Source: Tubulanus polymorphus (taxonomy: Eukaryota; Animalia; Nemertea). From it: 64,000 bases of DNA. The position numbers and the translations under genes are program-made. Shown one piece after another: positions 37,601 to 50,190 of this stretch. Within the stretch, counting starts at the first letter, position 1. Every line of letters starts with the position of its first letter. The notes beneath the pieces are model-generated. The model did not search any database. It had not been told where the DNA came from and saw only the letters and a program-made list of their open reading frames with translations. The stretch is taken from the NCBI RefSeq assembly GCF_964204645.1, contig NC_134032.1, forward strand, positions 124,001-188,000, in the 5' to 3' direction.

Positions 37601-38464
37601 TGGCACATCCAGCAGTAAGGGTCGGCTTCTCTATCCTACAGTACATAACACAGTTTTATCAGTGCATAATAAATTACAATTAGAATATGAGAAATTATTG
37701 ATCGATTCTCATTGAATCAAGCAACATCTGAATGCACACTAGCGACACCTGGTGGAAGATGGTGTCCTACTGCACACTAGCGACACCTGGTGGAAGATGG
37801 TGTCCTACTGCACACTAGCGACACCTGGTGGATCCACACTTACCGCTGTATCAGTTTTGCGACGGCGTTTCACGGGAGGCGTCTGCGACAAGTTCGCGCC
37901 GCCGGCTTCAGACGATACGATGCGTTTCCTAGACGACAGTCCTCCACCGCTCGATCCAGGTGTCACTACTGCAATGTCAGAAACAACAAAACATTACAAC
38001 AGATGGGGGCCGATCTAGGAGGAATTTTTGGGGGTCCGGACCTTTCCCCTCTAATCAATCTACTTATTATATTCCTTTTAATTGATGACGAATCATCATC
38101 ATTATCATCATTATTAAGGAAAGCCCCTTCGGGTTAGAACACAACTTTTCACAGATATTGCATGATTTTGGAATATTTTAATTGTTAGGGATAACCTCTA
38201 CTTTCCTATTGAGATTGTCCCCTTTATGTCGAAAAAATCCTCAAAAAACGCTTGTTAATTTGAAAATTAACGATCTTAGGAAATAGAATTTTCTAGATGG
38301 ATCTCTTTATCCCGTTCGTCCGGGCCCCGATGCAGCCCTAGGACCGCGATCTCGTCAGAATTACTCACCTTTCGTTACGGGACTATTTTTCGGCGTTGTC
38401 GCCGATGAATCTTTGATGCTTCCATCTCGACTGAACGTACGACGTCTCGCGTTGCCTTCTTCGG
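23350..38464 (-). CDS. ZMYND8: ZMYND8/RACK7 (PRKCBP1)-like chromatin reader: PHD-bromodomain-PWWP, acidic linker, coiled coil, MYND, polyQ tail; start exon not resolved
   Basis: Frame-consistent GT-AG exons: 38369-38464, 37844-37968, 37492-37635 ([30 protein letters not shown]), 37233-37346, 36976-37068, 36164-36251 (bromo [24 protein letters not shown]), 35526-35581, 35364-35444 (CPDCY..WFCEPC), 34347-34588 ([23 protein letters not shown]), 32700-33421, 32260-32541, 31078-31717, 30388-30670, 29316-29525 (..EAKKKQW), 28342-28656 ([32 protein letters not shown]), 27029-27121, 24488-24592, 23350-23544. Candidate polyA signal at 20853-20858. Confidence 0.95.
24030..24330. repeat. 31-bp minisatellite (cagacaatctacagcctgtaacctgcaaccc)
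   Basis: About 9 tandem copies within a ZMYND8 intron. Confidence 0.9.
24815..25120. repeat. ~105-bp tandem repeat x3; sister array x4 at 33905-34315
   Basis: gaaatgtctcaggtgaagcactgaacacatgtgaagtgtggacgatcagtttttgaaagtg unit at both sites. Confidence 0.9.
25517..26012. repeat. 75-bp tandem repeat x~6.5 containing TAACCC, ATTGG, CACCTG and ATGCAAAT
   Basis: Unit taaccctaaccctagc...ctgattggctggagctggtcacctgatatatgcaaatagccccaagcgcatgacaac. Confidence 0.95.
26075..26505. repeat. 39-47-bp satellite (aaattaaacccacacaactgtggaactg...); related arrays at 25140-25310 and 30715-31065
   Basis: Tandem copies; the core is the reverse complement of cagttccacagtt in the 16.4-kb satellite. Confidence 0.9.
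28456..28526 (-). repeat. CAG/CAA repeat encoding a polyglutamine tract after the MYND finger
   Basis: (ctg)n on the + strand, in frame within exon 28342-28656. Confidence 0.9.
34765..35325. repeat. ~54-bp tandem repeat x~10
   Basis: Unit gttcctccctcgacagggattagaacctgatgacatcatgagactctgtcac. Confidence 0.95.
35730..36112. repeat. 46-bp tandem repeat related to the 40.5-kb palindromic element
   Basis: gaccagtctaagctcattttggttctataaccaatctaacaactt matches the arm sequence at 40520-40580. Confidence 0.85.
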
Positions 38465-40490
38465 CTAATAAAATAAACATTTAATACATCGACAACTCCA
38501 AAACTAATTCAAGGTCGCCGCTGTTATCGGACTTACTTTTCCCCCCGACTTTCCCTGACTTGATCTGCTAAGAATCCAATCAATTAATGCAGTCAAATAC
38601 GTAACAATAGATGAAAACTATTCGATTTTAGGCGCAATCAAGCAATCTCTGCCTAATTGTGGAACTGGGTCCCAGTGGTTATGATCACAGGATTTCACTG
38701 TCAAAGAGCCAGTATCAACAACAATTGAATCGATACAGACAGCTGTAACTGGTCGAACTCACACCGGGTATCAGAGACTAGCACAGGCAAGAGTGAATAA
38801 ACAGCGAGGGAAAATGAAGAAATTAGACACAAATTTCTAATGGCCCATCGCTCAGATCGAATGAGTTTCAGACATGTTTAAAAGTATTAGAAAGAGTTTT
38901 TAAGGAATCGAGGAGTGTTCGAGTTCTCAGGATGAAACTATTTACCCTTCGATCTCGTTCCAATCGGGTCTTTACGACGCTGAGACGACATCTCAAAATC
39001 AGCTCCGCGCGTCCTCCTAAAATAGACAAACAGAACCAAAAACGTTTTACAATCGAGGTACTCAGGGATGGATTTAGAGCGGGGCTGGGGGGGGGGCGCG
39101 GAATACACCATCATTCTCGTCCGGACCGACGCCTTACAATCCTACAGCCTAGATCCAACTCTGTTTATAAATCGAGAGACAGAAATAAACGTAGAAAATA
39201 CTTTTAATTATCCATGTAATTATCATCGGTTTAATCATGGACTCCACGGTTTAATCGATTTCAGCCGTAATTAGGACATGAAAGAGATTGAAAAAATGGC
39301 ACGTCATTATCTTTTTCCTCGATTGAGTTTTTTTAAAACTCAAACGAATTTCGAAATCAAAGAGCGATGAATAAATACACGTGGCGTTAACTTCTCGTTG
39401 AAGATTTAATCGATAATAACCGATGAGAAACGCGAGTTTTCATTTACACGGAGCTCGTGAGCCCTCGGGGGAGAGTTGAATCTAGACTTACGGATTATTA
39501 CATTCATTCATTCATTCATTCATTCATTCATTCATTCATTCATTCTCTACATGAAAATCACGCCGTCAGAAAGCAGACGACTGTGCCTTGCTCGCAAAAA
39601 TAACATACCAACGAAATATCAGTTTGGTGGACAATCACGAATATAACATCTTGCTAAACACAAGCAGAAGCATACTCGCAAAAATAACACACCATAACTA
39701 ATATCATTCAAGCGGAAAATCACTAAAATAACATACCGCTTAACATTAGCAGACGGACACTCACGAAAATAACATACCGACGAATATCTGTTTGGTGGAC
39801 AATCGCGAAAATAACATTCCGCGATATACCAACAGAAGCTCGCGGAAATAACGTACCGACGAATATAAGCAGACGGATGAGACCCGCCTACAATTAATAG
39901 CGATGATAATTCATGATGGGAACGAATCGCAACAAAATCATCGCGACGGTGACAGTGGCGCCCTCATCACCGCAGCCGAGAGACAGATGGATAAAGTTTA
40001 ATATATAGATTACGTGTCGTTAAATTCAAGATCGGTTTTCGCGAGCGCTGATTTTATCGACTCGTCGTCGTCGACGACGACGTTTAACGACGGCCGATCG
40101 ATATCCGATAAAAACACATCGTTCTAATTCATCGCTTTCAATTTTTTTTGCTCGAAGATTTTTCACGAAACTGATTCTCCGTAGCGAGGGGCAAGTTTTG
40201 GGCGCGAGGGGCAAGTTTTGGGCGCGAGGGGCATGTTTTGGGCGCGAGGGCCGGTTCGAAACTTTCACTAAGCGGCGTCCCTACAGATCAGTCATCCCTG
40301 GATGTAAGAGTTTTAAAGGATAATCAAAATTGTTTCTATCCCAACTACAGTAAACTCCTCCTAAATCTGTTCTGTTTATCTCTCAGTAAACCATTTATTC
40401 AATTGTTTTGTAAGCAAATTTGATCTTTTACACAACTGAACTCTGTTTCTAATTCAGTAACCGCCTAATTGGGAAAAGAAAAAATCCCCA

Positions 40491-40766
40491 GGGGCCGGTT
40501 CCATAGACAGGACTTAGACTTAAGACCAGTCTAAGACAAACTTAGTTCTATAGCCTATCTAACAACTTAAGACCAGTCTTAAGGTTTAAGACCACTTTTG
40601 GACTTAAGTTATGACTGCGCGCCCCTGGGGCCAATTGCGCAGTCCTGATTTAAGTCCAAAAGTAGTCTTGAATCTTAAGACTGGTCTTAAGTTGTTAGAT
40701 AGGCTTTAGAATAGAGTTCGTCTTAGACTGGTGTTAAGTCCAAGCCCTGTCTATGGAACCGGCCCC
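40491..40766. mobile_element. Palindromic MITE-like structure (two ~135-bp inverted arms)
   Basis: ggggccggttccatagacagg ... cctgtctatggaaccggcccc termini, with imperfect complementarity continuing to the centre (~40625). Confidence 0.8.
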
Positions 40767-41431
40767 GGGTCCAAACAGTACCGATATAGGCGTAGTCTAC
40801 TGCGCAACATCTTGAGTTTATAACTGAGTTTGTTTGAAAGGAGTTTTGGGAATTTTTCTCATATACTAAAGGAGTTTCAAGCACCTATTTAAGCTTTATT
40901 TGTTTAGAAGGGAGTTTTTAAGACATGAATGAGTGGTGCACAGTTATAAAAAATAGAAGACTTTTGAATAATCGCAAACAATATTTCATTTTTCTCTGAT
41001 TGATATTCGATATCTGCGCTTTATCGAAACGACATATTGTACCCGTTAAGATTTCGACACGGTGACCCCGATTCGCGCGGCTAAAAATAGCGCGCGAGCC
41101 GAATTTGTTGCCAAAAAAGCGTCTCGTTTCAAGTAGTTTTTCGACCCTGATTGAGATGTGTCGACTCTGCGTATTGTCAAGGTCTTCGAGATTACGCGCG
41201 ATGCGGCCGTTTTGAGATCGCTATAATCAGGTCGCAGTCTATTGTCGTATCTCGTTTGGCGTTCGTCCATTTATATCGAAATTCTCTGCGATATAAAAAG
41301 TGCTTTTTTAACCGCGTAGCCTTCGTGCACCTAATCTATATCGAGGTCTCGACGCTTATCTCAATATCTATAACGGTTTATTTGCTGATATTATTTTATT
41401 GATTCGTAATGTCCTTTCTGGCAGGTATTGC

Positions 41432-41915
41432 AGAGATAGAGAGGGATGAGAGAAAGATAGAGAGAGAGAGGAGAGGGAGCAAGTGAGAGGAGAGGGAGGA
41501 GAGAGAAAGGAGTGGGAGAGAAGATTGAGAGGAAGAGGGAGAGATGAAAGATAGAAAGGGAGGAGAGGGGAGTGAGAGGAGAGGGGAGTGAGAGGAGAGG
41601 GGAGAGGGGGAGGAGAGGGAGAGGGAGAGAAGAGAGGAGGGGAGATGAGTGAGAGGAGAGGTGAGAGGAGAGGGAGGAGAGGGAGAGAGAGGGGGAGAGA
41701 GAGGGGGAGGAGAGGGAGGAGAGAGGGAGGAGAGGGGAGTGAGAGGAGAGGGTGAGAGGAGAGGGGAGAGGGAGAGGGAGAGAGAGGGGGAGGAGAGGGA
41801 GGAGAGAGGGAGGAGAGGGGAGTGAGAGGAGAGGGTGAGAGGAGAGGAGAGGGTGAGAGGAGAGGGGAGAGGGAGAGAGAGGGGGAGGAGAGGGGAGAGG
41901 AGAGGGGAGAGAGGA
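41432..41915. repeat. GA-rich polypurine low-complexity tract
   Basis: ~480 bp almost entirely G/A. Confidence 0.95.
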
Positions 41916-43529
41916 AATATATCAAATAGAAATATCAAATCTTAAAAGTCAATCAACTATCTACACTGAGGAGCGCCCGGACAGAGCGCCCGGACAGAGC
42001 GCCGGACTGATTGTATGAAGTGTTTATCGAGCGTTTATTCTACTAACGAATTTTCAGAGGTTGTTAACGACTTAAACAATTAAAGTGTCTCTCACACACA
42101 GGCCGTGCGTCACGGCGACCGAACCCGAGAGGTCAGATTATCATTGATATCTCGACCGTGCCTCGCTCGTCGCGCTTCGAAACCGTTCGCTTGGAACGCA
42201 CTATAAAAATTCTTTGTAGTAGCCATGTACTTTAAGTTTGAGATCGCGTTGAAAGGTTTGATTTAATCAAAGCCAGTCCTTAAATCTCTGAAATACCTCC
42301 AAATACTAAATGCACGACCATATATTAGTTACACCGGGGGGGGGGGGGGGTCATCAAATTCATAAAAATATAGAAACGCAACATCAAGATCAAGAAAGCA
42401 TTACTTGGAAAATCTTCAGTCAGGCTTTAGACAGCGAGGGGCAGGTTTTAGACAGCAAGGGGCAGGTTTTTGACAACTCTTTCGACAGGTCTTAGCCAGC
42501 CCTAAGGGTCAGGTTTTAGCCAGCCTTAGGCCCTGGTGTCAGGTAGGCCTAAGGTCAAGTTTTGGAAAGCCTAGACCCGATTTTAGACCCGGTACTGTAG
42601 CCTGGTGTTAGGTAGCTCTAGGGCCAGCTTTTAGACAATATTCTCAGGCAAGGCTTAGAGAATCCCAGAGCCTGGTTTTAGCCCGGTGTTAGGCAACCCT
42701 CGGGCCAGGTTTTAGACCAGCCAACTGTTAGGCCCATTATGCTAGGTAGCCTAGTACAATTTAACTCCAGGCTGAGTCAGCTGAGACCATCTCACCTATA
42801 AAGAGACTGACTGTACTGGTGAACCCTTCTCTCAAAATCAATATAATGTGAACATTTTTCTCGTGGGGCCAATCCTTAAATATAGACGACAACAAGATTA
42901 GGTCACATAAATAAAAAAAACCGAATCAAGAACAAGATGACAGTGCCGGGAACCAATGGGACCACAAGTTCTCGGTGTAGATGTAAAAAGAATACTTTGT
43001 ATAAGATTGAAATATCAAGTGCACGCGCCTCCTAAAATAGGGCTGTCCTTCAGCCGAGCTCGGTAGAACAAGTAGGTCATATACTAACTAATAGTGTCAC
43101 ACACACAGTCGTATTTAGGCATTAAGGGTTAGATTGTCTCACAGGTGAGTGCTACACGCGTCAGTTCTCTCTCTCTCTGTCTCTCGGAATCTACTGACTC
43201 CAGAGACTCCGGAGTCCTCAGCAGGAATTAGTGAAGTCATCTCTCCGCACAGGGGAAGAAAAGTGGCGATTTATCATCGAGGACTGCAGCAGCAGGAAAT
43301 TGTGTAAGTAGTTTTTGGCAAAATTGATGGCGAATTAATTTCGATCTCACTTTCAGTGAAGTTCGATAATATGCCTTGTGTTTAATACTGCTGTTTTAAG
43401 GCAGATCATTTTCAATGACTGTTAATCGATATTATGATTAGTTACTGATGACGTTCTGCTTGAAATTCTAATTAATCATATTCAAACTAAAAACATTCAG
43501 TAAAAAATTAGTTATTTAAGTAAAGACCT

Positions 43530-43840
43530 TCTTATTCTCAATGACTTCAACGATTCAGTAAAATTATGATTAGTTACTAATGACCGACCTCGACTTCAAA
43601 GATTCAGTCAAATTAACGACCGACCTCATTCTCGATGACTTCAACAATTCAGTAAAATTATGATTAGTAACAAGCAAAGACCTCGCTCTAAATGATTTCA
43701 ACAATTCAGTAAAATTATGATTAGTAACAAGCAAAGACCTCGCTCTAAATGATTTCAACAATTCAGTAAAATTATGATTAGTTGATCGTCTATGCTTTCT
43801 CATTCTTAACGACTTCAACGAGTCAGAAAAATTATAATTT
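43530..43840. repeat. Diverged ~57-bp tandem repeat (gacttcaacaattcagtaaaattatgattagt core)
   Basis: About 5 copies; the repeated peptide TNHNFTELLKS in ORF 43570-43845 reflects the 57-bp period. Confidence 0.8.
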
Positions 43841-45503
43841 ATCACCGATGCCGAATGACTTCGATATTTTCAATAGAATTATAATTAGTTTAGCCGACTT
43901 GGTAGAATTTCAAATGAATTGAAAGACAATTCAATAAAATTATAATTAATTACTAATAATAGCGTTAATGGGTTTAGATGACGCGTGCGATTTGAACAAC
44001 AACAGTGGTGCAAATTAAATCAATTTTTATTAATTAATTCTAACGAGATCAGTGACGCGCAGTAGTTAATCAGCCGGGGCTGCAGCTGCTGCTGATGCTG
44101 ATGATGCTGGTCTGCGCAGTCTCAAAGCATCCTTGATAAACAACACGTATGTTATAACATTATCTATCATTCGTCGCATCAAGTAAAGCAAGAAGCCCCC
44201 GGGCGAGTATCGAGTCTTGCCGATTTATTCCACGCGTCATGAGGGCCGTTTTTATTACCGCGCGGGCCCGTCGTCGCGCGGGCGAGCGCGCGAACGTTGC
44301 GGGCGTACCCACGCGCCCGGACCGAATGCGGAGCCGCGAACGCGCCGGTCGCAAGAGCGCGCCGAGGTTCCGATCGCGAAAATAAACGCCGCGCGAAAAT
44401 TCGTGTCCGCGATCGATCGTTTAAAAATCGGCGGAAATATCAGAGACGCCGAGCACTGACGTTATCATAAATTACGCGACGCGGCGCGACGCTAAATTCA
44501 CGGCGAGTTTCGCGAAAAACTTTCCGACATTCCGAGGGCCGTTCGTCGTCCGGTGACAACAAAGCCCGAAAACGATGAACGCAAACGCGGGTGACGATAA
44601 CAACAATGGCAATGTCATCGTCGCCTTGGTTACCGACGCGTGAAGAACCAGGTAAAATAAAATCATCGTCGTTTTTTTCTTGTCGTAAAAAATGATTTCG
44701 TTCGATTTTTCCGTCGTCGTCATGGTTTTTATTGTTGTCGCGGTTAGTAAACGTAGTAACGTAATTCGTAAATTGTCGGTTTCGTTTTTTTGCCGCGTTC
44801 AAACGGTTATAATTTACGTTTGTGAAAAAATGGCTCGTAGGGTTTAGAAATACACTTTGTGTTTAAACAGAGCCGCCTAATTGTGTAAAAAAAAAAAAAC
44901 AAAATCCCTCGGGACGCAGTTGCTCTATTGTCGGTTACAGTTAACCAGTGAATAGTTGATATAGTGACGATTAAAAGTTCATTGAACTGTATTTATCAGG
45001 GGCTGCAGTTACCAAAAAGTTGGTTAGAGTTAAATTAGATAGTTGACATAATGACAATTAAAAGTTCATTGTTACTATGATATCCATTAGGGGTTGCAGT
45101 TGCTCAAAAGTTGGTCAGAGTTAACCAGTGGATAGTTGACGTGGTGACAATTTAAAGTTCATTTTTGTTTGATTAAGGGGTAGTCTACTCTTTAGTTTGT
45201 ACAACTACGTAAAAATATTTCTAATTGCATATTTCTCAAAATTGAAGGCTTTTAAAAGGGGTTTCAAGGCATTTTGTTCAAATTAAAGGAGTTTCAAGCT
45301 TCTTTGATAGCACTTTCCGCTTACAAGGGGTTTTAAAGGAATCAAGGAATCCTCCCGCTTAATCCAGTCATCTTGCACTTACAGTAATCAAGACTGGAAT
45401 AATGACTTAATTAAGTCATTATTCCAGTCTTAAAGTACTTGAATTTTTGAAGTTGGACTTAAGAAATGAGAAATTTTATGACTTCACCAATTGATGTTTT
45501 ATC

Positions 45504-47013
45504 CTGTTCTAGGGGTAACCCGTAAGATCAGCTGGTATTCACACTGTTCTAGGGGTAACCCGTAAGATCAGCTGGTATTCACACTGTTCTAGGGGTAACC
45601 CGTAGGATCAGCTGGTATTCACACTGTTCTAGGGGTAACCCGTAAGATCAGCTGGTATTCACACTGTTCTAGGGGTAACCCGTAGGATCAGCTGGTATTC
45701 ACACTGTTCTAGGTGTAACCAGTAAGATCAGCTGGTATTCACTCCGTTCTAGGGGTAACCTGTAAGATCAGCTGGTATTCACACTGTTCTAGGGGTAACC
45801 CGTAGGATCAGCTGGTATTCACACTGTTCTAGGGGTAACCCGTAAGATCAGCTGGTATTCACACTGTTCTAGGGGTAACCCGTAAGATCAGCTGGTATTC
45901 ACACTGTTCTAGGGGTAACCCGTAAGATCAGCTGGTATTCACACTGTTCTAGGGGTAACCCGTAGGATCAGCTGGTATTCACACTGTTCTAGGGGTAACC
46001 AGTAAGATCAGCTGGTATTCACACTGTTCTAGGGGTAACCCGTAAGATCAGCTGGTATTCACACTGTTCTAGGGGTAACCAGTAAGATCAGCTGGTATTC
46101 ACTCCGTTCTAGGGGTAACCCGTAAGATCAGCTGGTATTCACTCCGTTCTAGGGGTAACCTGTAAGATCAGCTGGTATTTATACTGTTCTAGGGGTAACC
46201 AGTAAGATCAGCTGGTATTCACACTGTTCTAGGGGTAACCCGTAAGATCAGCTGGTATTCACACTGTTCTAGGGGTAACCCGTAAGATCAGCTGGTATTC
46301 ACACTGTTCTAGGGGTTACCCGTAAGATCAGCTGGTATTCACACTGTTCTAGGGGTAACCCGTTAGATCAGCTGGTATTCACACTGTTCTAGGGGTAACC
46401 CGTAAGATCAGCTGGTATTCACACTGTTCTAGGGGTAACCCGTAAGACCAGCTGGTATTCACTCCGTTCTAGGGGTAACCCGTAAGATCAGCTGGTATTC
46501 ACTCCGTTCTAGGGGTAACCTGTAAGATCAGCTGGTATTCACACTGTTATAGGGGTAACCAGTAAGATCAGCTGGTATTCACACTGTTCTAGGGGTAACC
46601 CGTAGGATCAGCTGGTATTCACACTGTTCTAGGTGTAACCAGTAAGATCAGCTGGTATTCACACTGTTCTAGGGGTAACCCGTAGGATCAGCTGGTATTC
46701 ACACTGTTCTAGGGGTAACCAGTAGGATCAGCTGGTATTCACACTGTTCTAGGGGTAACCAGTAAGATCAGCTGGTATTCACACTGTCCTAGGGGTAACC
46801 CGTAAGATCAGCTGGTATTCACACTGTTCTAGGGGTAACCCGTAAGATCAGCTGGTATTCACACTGTTCTAGGGGTAACCCGTAAGATCAGCTGGTATTC
46901 ACACTGTTCTAGGGGTAACCAGTAAGATCAGCTGGTATTCACACTGTTCTAGGGGTAACCAGTAAGATCAGCTGGTATTCACACTGTTCTAGGGGTAACC
47001 AGTAAGATCAGCT
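45504..47013. repeat. 40-bp satellite, ~38 copies (ctgttctaggggtaacccgtaagatcagctggtattcaca)
   Basis: Homogeneous head-to-tail array without spacers. Confidence 0.98.
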
Positions 47014-47624
47014 GTCCAACGGCTAACACAGTTTTATAAGAGGAAGGTTGACAGTCAATTAGACCGACTTGAAACCATGGACAACTGGACCAGATGGTCC
47101 TATTTGACTCTGGAAAATTGACAGTTAGGCCATAATTACTCTTTAAGATTTCGACAAAGCATTTGATAAGGTACAACATCAGCCATTACTAAACAGGCTA
47201 TTAGGAAACAGTATCAACGATAGGTCGCTCAAATGGCTCAGCAGTTATCTCTGAACAGGGAAGTCGAATAAAAGTGGCTACAGTTTGAATTTTCACGATG
47301 TCACTGTTAACGTTATACCTATAATTTTTAGGCAACAAACCCCCGAAAGTGGACGCCCTATACATAGGAACCCGAGACCCATTGAAATTCATAATCTAAG
47401 TTTAACTCTAAAAACTGCATTTATTAGTTATCGAGACCTTATTCCAAATGACTTCAACAGACAGTAAAATTATTATTAGTTTCCTGTTGTAAGGCCAAGA
47501 TAAAAAGAAGTACTTTGAGGGACTTTTTCGACCAAAAAGGGAAGGAATTTTTGACTGAAAAAGAAGTTCTTTCCTGTAAAATAAGGGTCCTTATAAGGAA
47601 GGACTTCCGTAATGATTTCAACCG

Positions 47625-47626
<2 letters not shown>

Positions 47627-47673
<47 letters not shown>
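47627..47673. repeat. (TA)n microsatellite
   Basis: Pure TA run. Confidence 0.95.
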
Positions 47674-47676
<3 letters not shown>

Positions 47677-48028
47677 CATGTATTTTGAGCTTCGCGAATC
47701 AGAAATCAAAGCAAATTGACGAGAAAATACCTCGTCGCACAAATTAGTAAAGATTTCCACAGTCGTTAGAAAAGTTCAATAAGCGACAAACAAAATCGAA
47801 ACTCGCACGAGCTCCGCGCGATCGCGCGTGCCAGCAACCAGTCTAATAACGACACGTAAAATATCAACGAACCCCGCGGGCAACGGCGGGGCTCACGTTT
47901 CAATATCGTTTAGAACGCGTGATGAAAGGCGGATATTTCGATAACAATTTGAGAATCGCTCATTTGCGAAATGACAATATTTCACTGCGTTAAGCTGGCT
48001 ATAGATATTACTGCATTTACACTGAATT

Positions 48029-49452
48029 ATATGAGACATTTTCGAAACTAAGAGAGTAGTGACGTTTAGACTCAATTCTATGAGACATTTTCGAAACTAA
48101 GAGAGTAGTGACATTTAGACTCGATTCTATGAGACATTTTCAAAACTAAGAGAGTAGTGACGTTTAGACTCAATTCTATGAGACATTTTCAGAAACTAAG
48201 AGAGTAGTGGCGTTTAGACTCAATTCTATGAGACATTTTCAAAACTAAGAGAGTAGTGACATTTAGACTCGATTCTATGAGACATTTTCAAAACTAAGAG
48301 AGTAGTGACGTTTAGACTCAATTCTATGAGACATTTTCGAAACTAAGAGAGTAGTGACATTTAGACTCAATTCTATGAGACATTTTCAAAACTAAGAGAG
48401 TAGTGACGTTTAGACTCGATTCTATGAGACATTTTCAAAACTAAGAGAGTAGTGACGTTTAGACTCAATTCTATGAGACATTTTCAAAACTAAGAGAGTA
48501 GTGACATTTAGACTCGATTCTATGAGACATTTTCAAAACTAAGAGAGTAGTGACGTTTAGACTCAATTCTATGAGACATTTTCAGAAACTAAGAGAGTAG
48601 TGACGTTTAGACTCGATTCTATGAGACATTTTCAAAACTAAGAGAGTAGTGACGTTTAGACTCAATTCTATGAGACATTTTCAGAAACTAAGAGAGTAGT
48701 GACATTTAGACTCGATTCTATGAGACATTTTCAAAAACTAAGAGAGTAGTGACGTTTAGACTCAATTCTATGAGACATTTTCAAAAACTAAGAGAGTAGT
48801 GACGTTTAGACTCAATTCTATGAGACATTTTCATTTTAGTTTTTGAAAATGTCTCATAGAATCGAGTCTAAACGTCACTAATCTCTTAGTTTTGAAAATG
48901 TCTCATAGAATTGAGTCTAAACGTCACTACCCTCTTAGTCTCTGAAAATGTCTCATAGAATTGAGTCTTAACGTCACTAATCTCTTAGTTTCGAAAATGT
49001 CTCATAGAATTGAGTCTAAATGTCACTAATCTCTTAGTTTCGAAAATGTCTCATAGAATTGAGTCTTAATGTCACTAATCTCTTAGTTTCGAAAATGTCT
49101 CATAGAATTGAGTCTAAACGTCACTACTCTCTTAGTTTTGAAAATGTCTCATAGAATCGAGTCTTAACGTCACTAATCTCTTAGTTTTGAAAATGTCTCA
49201 TAGAATCGAGTCTTAACGTCACTAATCTCTAAGTTTTGAAAATGTCTCATAGAATTGAGTCTAAACGCCACTACTCTCTTAGTTTTGAAAATGTCTCATA
49301 GAATCGAGTCTTAACGTCACTAATCTCTTAGTTTTGAAAATGTCTCATAGAATCGAGTCTTAACGTCACTAATCTCTAAGTTTTGAAAATGTATCATATA
49401 ATTGAGTCTAAACGTCACTACTCTCTTATTTTTTAAAATGTCTCATAGAATT
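48029..49452. repeat. 49-50-bp satellite arranged as a large inverted repeat
   Basis: ~16 forward copies (tatgagacattttcaaaactaagagagtagtgacgtttagactcaattc) to 48832, then ~12 reverse-complement copies from ~48836. Confidence 0.95.
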
Positions 49453-49867
49453 AAACCTCTCTCATGTGTTGACTTCAAATTCAAAAAACGGATTAACCAA
49501 GTTTGAAAGTACAGTTTTTGCAGTTTGAAAAAGTTCCGGATAAAAGTTTTAATATGTATGAATTTATAGTAACATCAATTGGGTGTGAACGCTATCAGCT
49601 GTCGGTTCCAGCAGCGTCGATCGGGCCTCCAGGCACCTTTCATATGATGACGAAGTTTTAAAAGTTTTTTTTTAAATCGATTTTTAAAACAATTTCCAGC
49701 TATTAAAAAACCCAATAATCCAATGAAATTCGAAACTTAAAAATGAAAAAGAAAAAATATTCATACGACGCACCATGGACCTCTTACTATTACTCTTACT
49801 TATATACTTAACCAGACTTAAAGAGACAATTTATTGTAAGTTGAAATGATATATGATGATTTTAAAA

Positions 49868-50048
49868 TAGAGAGGGGAGAGAGAGGGGGAGAAATAGAGA
49901 GAGGGAGAGGGAGAGAGAGAGAGGGGGAGAGAGAGGGAGAGAGAGAGGGAGAGAGAGAGGGAGAGAGAGAGAGAGAGAGGGAGAGGGAGAGGGAGAGAGG
50001 GGGAGAGAGAGGGAGAGAGAGGGAGAGAGAGGGAGAGAGAGGGAGAGA

Positions 50049-50093
<45 letters not shown>

Positions 50094-50134
50094 GGGGAGA
50101 GAGGGGGAGAGAGGGGGAGAGAGGGGGAGAGAGG

Positions 50135-50169
<35 letters not shown>

Positions 50170-50190
50170 AGGAGAGGGAGAGAGATGAGA
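49868..50190. repeat. (GA)n/GGA polypurine microsatellite
   Basis: ~320 bp of G/A. Confidence 0.95.

Noticed and set aside
41368-41938. Ser/Pro/Leu-rich ORFs (also 49831-50247)
   Set aside because: Products of GA-rich low-complexity DNA.
45504-47013. CRISPR-like regular repeats (also 16364-17690, 34765-35325, 48029-49452)
   Set aside because: Units are head-to-tail without unique spacers, there are no cas genes, and the context is eukaryotic: these are satellites.
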